DNA of 64,000 nt, taken from the IMG/VR virus record IMGVR_UViG_3300025679_000005. One strand, given 5' to 3'. A program made the translations under genes and the position numbers. The DNA is from a virus (lineage: Duplodnaviria > Caudoviricetes). The notes below the pieces were generated by a model. That model made no database searches. It saw nothing but the letters and a program-made list of their open reading frames with translations, and was not told the origin of the DNA. Positions 28,830-36,900 of this stretch are shown here, in pieces; position 1 is the stretch's first letter, and each line of letters begins with the position of its first letter.

Positions 28830-29932
28830 GCGCAAAAGACCGAATCCACCCCAACTGGCATCGGAAAGAGAAGGGGGGACTCGACTACGAACCCTACTAC
28901 CAGGCCATCCTGGATGCCAAACAGCTAACCCAGTCTGCCATCGACGAATACAGGCAAAACCCCCCTCAGACCCAAAAGGGGCTGGCAGAAGCTGAACAGA
29001 AACTGTGGGAGGCGGTTCCGAAGGATTTGGTGTACGCCATCCGCAACTCGCCGTTGGGGGATAAATGCTACGAAAGGTACGTGGCGATGGTGACCGCAGA
29101 CTTAGTGGGGAAGGGCGAGACGACCCTGACTCCCTTTCGAAATCGGGCCCGTATTCTAGTGGCCTCTAAGGGGTGCCCCACGGATCTGATCTTTGAGTAC
29201 CTCGATCAGCACCCGGATCTAGTCAGCAAATCCTCCACAATGGATGTGATCAACGCTGCAAAGCGGGATTACATCAAAAACGGGGACACCGCCCAATGCC
29301 TTCAGACATTCGTTAACGGGGTAGCGAAAGCACCACTAGCCAAGCAAATCCGCAATAAACGTCGGTCCCAACCTGGACCAAAGACCCCCAAATCCGTCAA
29401 GGAAGAGCCTCCGATCGTCCAGCCGCAGCCCGCTCCGAAGGCTATCCCTCCAAAGGAGAGCAAGCGCTCCTCTGCTACAGAGCTGGCCATGAAGGAGTCC
29501 AAGGATCTCTGGCTAAATATTCAGGATTCGGTGATGGGGCCCTTAACGAAATTGGTGCACGACCGTTTGGATGATCGAAGCATCAATGAGAACACCATCA
29601 CAGAATTGCTGGAGGATTTCCAGATCGGTGTACATGTCTGCTACCAGAACGTTCTGGTAAAGATCCGGGATATGCAAAGGCGCGGGCCCACTCAATTGAG
29701 CGGGGTCAGCCAAGAAAAGGTGCTCTGGGCGGGCGAAATGCTTTACCTGGACGGTATACCTCCACCCCACACCAAAGGTCGTGGAAGTTGGCGGCCTGAT
29801 CCAGACAAGGTGAAGAAAGCCTACTGGAAGCTCTCTGTCCGTTACCACCCCGACAAAGTTGGGGACGACCCTCAGTACAAAGAACGCTACTTGGCCATCC
29901 AAGAAGCCTACCAATATCTACAACAAATCTGA
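28826..29932 (+). CDS. Protein with C-terminal DnaJ (J) domain
   Basis: VKKAYWKLSVRYHPDK...IQEAYQYL with intact HPD. Confidence 0.82.
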   Translation: MSAKDRIHPNWHRKEKGGLDYEPYYQAILDAKQLTQSAIDEYRQNPPQTQKGLAEAEQKLWEAVPKDLVYAIRNSPLGDKCYERYVAMVTADLVGKGETTLTPFRNRARILVASKGCPTDLIFEYLDQHPDLVSKSSTMDVINAAKRDYIKNGDTAQCLQTFVNGVAKAPLAKQIRNKRRSQPGPKTPKSVKEEPPIVQPQPAPKAIPPKESKRSSATELAMKESKDLWLNIQDSVMGPLTKLVHDRLDDRSINENTITELLEDFQIGVHVCYQNVLVKIRDMQRRGPTQLSGVSQEKVLWAGEMLYLDGIPPPHTKGRGSWRPDPDKVKKAYWKLSVRYHPDKVGDDPQYKERYLAIQEAYQYLQQI

Positions 29933-29948
29933 AATCTAAGGAAACTAA

Positions 29949-30485
29949 ATGGCTACTCGAAAATCGGCTATCACTGCGGAGGTGTACTCGCTCGAACACA
30001 CCCCGGACATCAAGATGAATCGTGCGCAACGGATGGCGCAATTTTTGCTGCAAGCGGCCAAGGACCATCCCCAGATGTTCTTCAAAAAGGCGCATCTCCT
30101 ACGGATCGCGAACCTTGACCCGAGCCTCCCTCGTGGGGAAAAGCAGCTCAAGGAGTTCAATGGCATCAAGACGGCTGCCAAACTGATTCTCGAAAGGGAT
30201 CACAAATGCACCATCCACTCTGAGCGGGCGTCGGGTTATCGCGCCACGCATGGGGATGAGGACATGGCGAAGACCCAGCTCCGCATTCACAATGCCCGTT
30301 TGGTGGCACAGCACACGCGGACCACCAGGATAGCGACTGCAATCGAGCCTCGCAACATCCACAATGCGGCCATCCGAGAGGAAGTGGCGAACGCCAGGCG
30401 AGCCCTGACCAACATCGGAGGCCAGTTGGGCAGCTTGACTTTGCCCCAACTGAAGGCAAAGCTGCCGGAAGAGAATCGGACCTGA
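29949..30485 (+). CDS. Hypothetical basic protein
   Basis: FLLQAAKDHPQMFFKK resembles the next gene. Confidence 0.6.
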   Translation: MATRKSAITAEVYSLEHTPDIKMNRAQRMAQFLLQAAKDHPQMFFKKAHLLRIANLDPSLPRGEKQLKEFNGIKTAAKLILERDHKCTIHSERASGYRATHGDEDMAKTQLRIHNARLVAQHTRTTRIATAIEPRNIHNAAIREEVANARRALTNIGGQLGSLTLPQLKAKLPEENRT

Positions 30486-30763
30486 TGGCTGATCCCGTTT
30501 CAGATTGTGAAGCGGGAACGCCTCCCCACGTTCGTATCGCGTCCTTTCTAAGCCAGGCGGCCATTGTTTCGCCTGGCTCTTTCTTCAAAAGAGATGCCCT
30601 CATCAAGATGGCCTTTGGCTCTGAGCCAACGGAGGATGACTTCCGAGCGACTATCTGCAAGGCCTCTATTCTGATTGAAGAGGGGTCGGGGATCGCTGAA
30701 GACAAAAGGGGCCTCCGAGTCACAAAGACGCCCAAGTGGGTCCAACGTAAAAAGAAGGCCTGA
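30485..30763 (+). CDS. Shorter paralog of 29949-30485
   Basis: FLSQAAIVSPGSFFKR...KASILIE. Confidence 0.55.
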   Translation: MADPVSDCEAGTPPHVRIASFLSQAAIVSPGSFFKRDALIKMAFGSEPTEDDFRATICKASILIEEGSGIAEDKRGLRVTKTPKWVQRKKKA

Positions 30764-30766
30764 CCC

Positions 30767-31762
30767 TCAAAAGCACATATCGATCCCAGCAAGCCGTGCT
30801 TGCTCCAGAACGCCTTGGGCTTCCGTAGTCTCAAGGCGTTTTTGGATTTCAGCGGCTGACTCGGGATTGATTTCGATCCCCAGGTAGTCCCGCCTCAATC
30901 CCTGAGCCTCCATCAAGGTGGTTCCGGAGCCGGCGAAAGGATCCAGAACCAGGCAAGACTCGATGGGGCCTTCGGGGCATTTACAGGTTCGCTGCCAGCC
31001 CTTGGTCAAATACTCCGGAGGGGCGATTGAAGGCATCGAGTACCCCTTTGAAGATCCCGTCCCGACAGCAGCATAGCTACCGGGATGGCCTTCCCGTTTG
31101 GGGGATGGCGGCGACACTCGTTCGAGTATTCTCTCTAGAGGGGCCCCGCAGGCTTCGCAGGCGCCTTCCTGGGACGTTGATAGGCGGATGCACCTCCTGG
31201 GCAGTGCCGGAGGGAATACCGCCGGATGCGCCTCTCCGTAGCGTTCTGTTGGCAGGCGCCAGACACTCCTGAGGTTGGCACCTGACTCCTCGCGTACCGC
31301 TTCGGAGTCATAGTAGTACTTCCGGCCTTTGGTCAGAAGGAATAGCGGTTCGAAGGACCTGGTTGGCCGATCGTGGACGTTCTCTGGCATGCCAGAGCCC
31401 TTATCCCAGCAAATCTCTGATCGGAGGATGAACCCTATTTCTCGGAGTCTGCTTACGAACCTCGACGGCATCTGTAGCAGTTCCTTGTTGGCATAGGTGT
31501 CCCCCAGATTAAGCCAAAGGCTGCCATCACTCCTGAGTACTCGATGTACCTCGGAGAATATTTCCGTCAAATGATCGAGGTAGGCTTCGGGGGTGCTCTC
31601 TAGGCCCAGTTGAATCTGACTGCCGTCGCCCCAAGTAGCCGAAGGCTCTCCATAGTCCCGAAGTGCAAAATATGGGGGTGACGTAACCACACAATGGGCA
31701 TGTTCCGAGGGGACGAGTTTAAGCTGTTGGAGGGCAGACCCGATGAGGACCGTATTGCGCAT
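30767..31762 (-). CDS. Beta-class N4-C/N6-A DNA methyltransferase
   Basis: VTSPPY (motif IV) precedes VLDPFAGSGTT (motif I); HPAVFP. Confidence 0.92.
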   Translation of the reverse strand: MRNTVLIGSALQQLKLVPSEHAHCVVTSPPYFALRDYGEPSATWGDGSQIQLGLESTPEAYLDHLTEIFSEVHRVLRSDGSLWLNLGDTYANKELLQMPSRFVSRLREIGFILRSEICWDKGSGMPENVHDRPTRSFEPLFLLTKGRKYYYDSEAVREESGANLRSVWRLPTERYGEAHPAVFPPALPRRCIRLSTSQEGACEACGAPLERILERVSPPSPKREGHPGSYAAVGTGSSKGYSMPSIAPPEYLTKGWQRTCKCPEGPIESCLVLDPFAGSGTTLMEAQGLRRDYLGIEINPESAAEIQKRLETTEAQGVLEQARLAGIDMCF

Positions 31763-31831
31763 CTTCGATCACCTTACACCAGATTCAAAGCGTATTTCTA
31801 AAGATAGTGAGGCGGTACTCCGGTAATTCGC

Positions 31832-32563
31832 TTGTGTCCGCACCATTGTATGTGGACACAAGCGAAAAAAGAGGCTCGGGGAAAAAGGATCGCTCAATAC
31901 AAGGCTGAAGGGAAGTGTGCGTGTGGGGGTGTGCCTAAACCGACTTATGCTACCTGCGACAAGTGCCTAGCAAAAGCCAAAAGAGTTCGTGACAGATTAG
32001 CGGCTCAAGCCGTCCCTGGAAAGGTGTGCTGGTGTGGTAGGCTCATTGATCAGGGAACTTCTAGTACTTGCGCGACTTGTCGAAGTATCGGCCGCAAAGC
32101 CGATAAGATTAGGTATGCCAAGTCTTTAGAGCGTCATGCCAAGGAAGGGATTTGCGTCAAACGCTGTGATAACCTGGCAATGCCTGATCGGACAGAATGC
32201 GAGGAGTGCTGGTGGAAGGTAATGGCACAGCACCATCTTCTGTCGGCCTCAAGGGCGACAGACCTTCAGAGCCTGTTGAAATCTCAGGAGGGCCGCTGTG
32301 CCCTAACAGGGTTTCCTTTGGAGCCCCCATTCATAGAGTTGGATCACATCGTGCCCTTGGGTCAAGGAGGGAGCACGGAGCTGGAAAACATGCAGCTAAT
32401 GTTACCCATAGTGAATCGAATAAAAGCGCATTTGCGTCAAGACGAGCTGTTTGCTTTTTGCCGATTGGTGGTAGCTCACAACGAGGGCAAAGTGAGTGAA
32501 GAGGCTGCTCTCAGAGGGGCCGCTAAACAACCTAATGTAGGTTGTAAGACAGGTCGAAAATGA
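31832..32563 (+). CDS. HNH endonuclease with Cys-rich N-terminus (pair 2, gene A)
   Basis: CALTG...ELDHIVPLGQGGSTELENMQL...VNRIK. Confidence 0.85.
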   Translation: MCPHHCMWTQAKKEARGKRIAQYKAEGKCACGGVPKPTYATCDKCLAKAKRVRDRLAAQAVPGKVCWCGRLIDQGTSSTCATCRSIGRKADKIRYAKSLERHAKEGICVKRCDNLAMPDRTECEECWWKVMAQHHLLSASRATDLQSLLKSQEGRCALTGFPLEPPFIELDHIVPLGQGGSTELENMQLMLPIVNRIKAHLRQDELFAFCRLVVAHNEGKVSEEAALRGAAKQPNVGCKTGRK

Positions 32564-33045
32564 GATGCGATCGATGCCCTAACGAGGCCGCCCCTGAACG
32601 CTCTATGTGCATACTCTGCCTAGCGAGGACTAACGAGAGAGTGAAGGAAAGGTACAGGCTGAATCGAGAGGCCAGAGCCGCTAACCCTGATGCTGAACAT
32701 CCCTGTGCGAGATGCTTCAAACAGATGGCCGTACAGGGTCGGATTGAGTGTCTTGATTGTTGGTGGAAAGCAACTGCCAACAGGTACTTCCAATCAGTCA
32801 AGTTTGCGCCTGGCCTACGAGAAATATGGGAATCTCAAGACTGTCGCTGTGCCCTTACTGGAGTGTCAATTGAGCCACCGAACATGGAACTGGATCACAT
32901 CGTTGCCCTAGCCATTGGTGGCTCCAACACCCTCGATAATATGCAGTGGGTGCTGCCTGTGATCAACTCGATGAAGCACACCCTCATGACAGACGAGTTC
33001 GTATCGCTGTGTGCTGTCATCTTGAAGCACAGCCAGAAGTGTTAG
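32560..33045 (+). CDS. HNH endonuclease with Cys-rich N-terminus (pair 2, gene B)
   Basis: CALTG...ELDHIVALAIGGSNTLDNMQWVLPVINSMK. Confidence 0.85.
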   Translation: MRCDRCPNEAAPERSMCILCLARTNERVKERYRLNREARAANPDAEHPCARCFKQMAVQGRIECLDCWWKATANRYFQSVKFAPGLREIWESQDCRCALTGVSIEPPNMELDHIVALAIGGSNTLDNMQWVLPVINSMKHTLMTDEFVSLCAVILKHSQKC

Positions 33046-33059
33046 GCTCATGGACGGTG

Positions 33060-33653
33060 TTACGCAAGAGTGTGCCTAGAGGTGTTGAACGTGGCTTCTC
33101 GTGAACAGCCCCGGCTCTTCAGGCACGTAAAGGCTAGATCCGAACCCTGTGCGGTTATGTAGTCCGAGAATCTCTCTACCCTATGCCAGAGGAAGTGTCT
33201 GAGGCGGACCTCCTCTGCGGGCATGTCGTGAGGTAGGTCCGTCACCACGAGTACCGGCACATTGTGATGTATTGCAAGGAATTTCGCCTCCATGTAGACG
33301 ACTGGAAATTGGTGCAAGTTACTGAAACGTAGCTCAAGAACCACCAGCTTGAAATCCGGCTGTACTTCGAGTCCTCGAATATTTTCCGCAGCCTGCAATT
33401 CCGACCCCGCATTCTCTGGGAAGTAGCGAAGGGTGGGGGTAAGTACCCCCACCCCGTAAGGCTTGCCCACCCCGTAAGGCTTGCGTAACCCCGGGGATGC
33501 GCCATGCACCCACAGGTCTCCAGGACGAATCCTCCTTCCGAGGACCTCGTCGAAGGACTTGGGACTCTTTGACGAGGCCAGTGCAACCTCGGGCATTACA
33601 GCCAAGGTCAGTGGGATTGAAGCGAGGGCGGTGACGAAGGTTCGACGATCCAT
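33060..33653 (-). CDS. Protein with a twin-arginine (Tat)-like signal peptide
   Basis: MDRRTFVTALASIPLTLAVMPEVALA; C-terminal half weakly recalls the DnaB C-terminus. Confidence 0.55.
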   Translation of the reverse strand: MDRRTFVTALASIPLTLAVMPEVALASSKSPKSFDEVLGRRIRPGDLWVHGASPGLRKPYGVGKPYGVGVLTPTLRYFPENAGSELQAAENIRGLEVQPDFKLVVLELRFSNLHQFPVVYMEAKFLAIHHNVPVLVVTDLPHDMPAEEVRLRHFLWHRVERFSDYITAQGSDLAFTCLKSRGCSREATFNTSRHTLA

Positions 33654-33872
33654 GCGTGGTCCTTACACCAAAAGGAGGGCCTCGGAGGAGTTTACGCCGA
33701 AACCTACGATATCCCTTAACTTTGAGCAGGAAATGGACGTACCGATGGTGTATTCCATGACACGGCTTGCGAGAGGTTCGGTGCCAGCAAAAAGGCCGGG
33801 ACCGCTCGCAGTAACCGCAAGCTCTCTGAAAACCTAACGATTTTTACCGACACTGGCCCGAGGTGCGTTCTC

Positions 33873-33898
33873 TGTGTAGACTCTCACTGAGTTGAAAC
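33873..33898 (+). promoter_or_regulatory. Array promoter (TGTGTAGACT) followed by an isolated 11-nt repeat handle TGAGTTGAAAC
   Basis: One mismatch to the GGTGTA motif; handle starts 10 nt after the motif A. Confidence 0.55.
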
Positions 33899-33958
33899 CG
33901 GAGGCTCTCGCAAAACCAGTGCCAGGTATTCGTATTCATACGACCAATCTGAATACGT

Positions 33959-36900
33959 CCTCAGAGGCTATTGGCTTCTGAGGTGAATTGAAACGTCTGC
34001 GTAGGTGCTCGTGGCGAGCGTGACCGATTCCGCCTCAGAGGCTATTGGCTTCTGAGGTGAATTGAAACGGGTTGTTCGCAAAACACAGCTAGACCGGCTC
34101 CGCCCCTCAGAGGCTATTGGCTTCTGAGGTGAATTGAAACAAGGAAGTTGAGCGGGACGCGGCCGATACCATGAAGCCTCAGAGGCTATTGGCTTCTGAG
34201 GTGAATTGAAACGTGTCAATCGCATCCAATTGCAGTTGGGCCTTGCTCCCTCAGAGGCTATTGGCTTCTGAGGTGAATTGAAACCGGCTGGATATCGGCC
34301 AATGCCTCGATGTCTCCAATCCTCAGAGGCTATTGGCTTCTGAGGTGAATTGAAACCAGAGCGGGGACACTGTCGCCTCGATTGCTACGGGGCCTCAGAG
34401 GCTATTGGCTTCTGAGGTGAATTGAAACGCCAGCACTACCGATCCAACCGCTTTGACGGTTAGGGCCCTCAGAGGCTATTGGCTTCTGAGGTGAATTGAA
34501 ACTACTGGGTGCGCGATCTTGAGCGCCTCCTAATCCAGCCTCAGAGGCTATTGGCTTCTGAGGTGAATTGAAACCTGGACGGCTATCAGCTCGCTCAAGC
34601 AGACCGAGCCAACCTCAGAGGCTATTGGCTTCTGAGGTGAATTGAAACTCCATGGACACGGCAATGTGTACTTGCCAGCCGTTGCCCCTCAGAGGCTATT
34701 GGCTTCTGAGGTGAATTGAAACCAAACCTATAGCGAGATCACAGCCGCTGTCAGGGCCCCTCAGAGGCTATTGGCTTCTGAGGTGAATTGAAACATCATG
34801 ACCTCTACATCGGGGCCTACAAATCCGTTGCCCCTCAGAGGCTATTGGCTTCTGAGGTGAATTGAAACGTTAGCCGGGGCTTGATTTGGGACGCAATGTC
34901 GGAGCCTCAGAGGCTATTGGCTTCTGAGGTGAATTGAAACAGCGTGAGCTTGTCGGGATGATCTAAGGCCCAACGCCTCAGAGGCTATTGGCTTCTGAGG
35001 TGAATTGAAACGAGACGGAAAGCCGTTTAACGATTTGATCCCCGCTCAGCCTCAGAGGCTATTGGCTTCTGAGGTGAATTGAAACCTACAGTCAGGACTG
35101 ACGTATAGGCGGGCTACCTCGACCTCAGAGGCTATTGGCTTCTGAGGTGAATTGAAACACCATCGAGAGGTTGACCCAGCGGTTTGGCTTGAGCCTCAGA
35201 GGCTATTGGCTTCTGAGGTGAATTGAAACAGGGTGGGGCAGGCGCACACCAGCTGCGTGCGCAGCCTCAGAGGCTATTGGCTTCTGAGGTGAATTGAAAC
35301 CAAAGCCCAAGAAAGCCAAGAGGAAGTAGTGGATTAGCCTCAGAGGCTATTGGCTTCTGAGGTGAATTGAAACGTCTGCAGCTCCTCGATTTTCTCTGAT
35401 GCGATCGATCCTCAGAGGCTATTGGCTTCTGAGGTGAATTGAAACAGGCGGGGAATGCCAAGTTGATCGCGCGGATCCAACCCCCTCAGAGGCTATTGGC
35501 TTCTGAGGTGAATTGAAACCATGGTGGGTTGCTTCGCCGGCCGTATGCTGGGGAGCCTCAGAGGCTATTGGCTTCTGAGGTGAATTGAAACGGGGCGTCA
35601 ACAGGGGACGGAACGAGAGTGAACGATTCCTCAGAGGCTATTGGCTTCTGAGGTGAATTGAAACTTGGTAACGTCGGTCGGCAGCTAGGCCGAACACACG
35701 GAGCCTCAGAGGCTATTGGCTTCTGAGGTGAATTGAAACTTGGCCTTTGAGGTCTTGGCCCTGTGCCTATCTTTGCCTCAGAGGCTATTGGCTTCTGAGG
35801 TGAATTGAAACAGCTACTATTTCCCGCTCTACATCCCAGCGGGCTCGACAGCCTCAGAGGCTATTGGCTTCTGAGGTGAATTGAAACTGGGGGATGCGTT
35901 TGGTCTTGGGCTTGCCCTTGGCATCCTCAGAGGCTATTGGCTTCTGAGGTGAATTGAAACCAAGAAGCGTTTGAACTTGATCGGATCCGCACTGTGCCTC
36001 AGAGGCTATTGGCTTCTGAGGTGAATTGAAACACTTACAACACGTTGCCGGAGACCTGGGAGAGCACCCTCAGAGGCTATTGGCTTCTGAGGTGAATTGA
36101 AACGCGGGGTTTGCGGGGGGCATACCCTCAGCGGCTGACCTCAGAGGCTATTGGCTTCTGAGGTGAATTGAAACCAAGAGCGTCGGGTCATGAATCTGCT
36201 CAAGAAGACATCCTCAGAGGCTATTGGCTTCTGAGGTGAATTGAAACGGCCAGCTTCGGAGCCGCTCTTGGATGTCCTCCGACCAAGCCTCAGAGGCTAT
36301 TGGCTTCTGAGGTGAATTGAAACGCTACGAGGATCCAGGCTAGCTGGCGAATGAACCACCTCAGAGGCTATTGGCTTCTGAGGTGAATTGAAACTAGGGC
36401 AGCCCCTGAGGGGACGGAGCATCCCGTGAGGCCTCAGAGGCTATTGGCTTCTGAGGTGAATTGAAACGCGAACTGCTTGGCCAAGGGAGCGACAGCCTGA
36501 GCGACCCTCAGAGGCTATTGGCTTCTGAGGTGAATTGAAACGAGCTGCAACTGAGCTGCCTGGGATGGCCCAGTAGAGCCTCAGAGGCTATTGGCTTCTG
36601 AGGTGAATTGAAACGACCAACGACCCTCGCCGAAGTGTCGGGACTTCCCGGCCTCAGAGGCTATTGGCTTCTGAGGTGAATTGAAACAGTCCTTGGCGTT
36701 GCCATTCGAGGCAGCCATCGACCCCTCAGAGGCTATTGGCTTCTGAGGTGAATTGAAACATGTAATATAATACGGTATGGAACCTACACACTTAACCTCA
36801 GAGGCTATTTGGCTTCTGATGTGAATTGAAACAAAGACCTCGACACTGGTGGTCGTCGTCGACCCTCAGAGGTCTCTGATCTCTGAGGTGCGTTGAAACG

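Noticed and set aside
33449-33484. 18-nt tandem duplication CCACCCCGTAAGGCTTGC
   Set aside because: An in-frame slippage duplication within a CDS with no sign of a wider repeat family.
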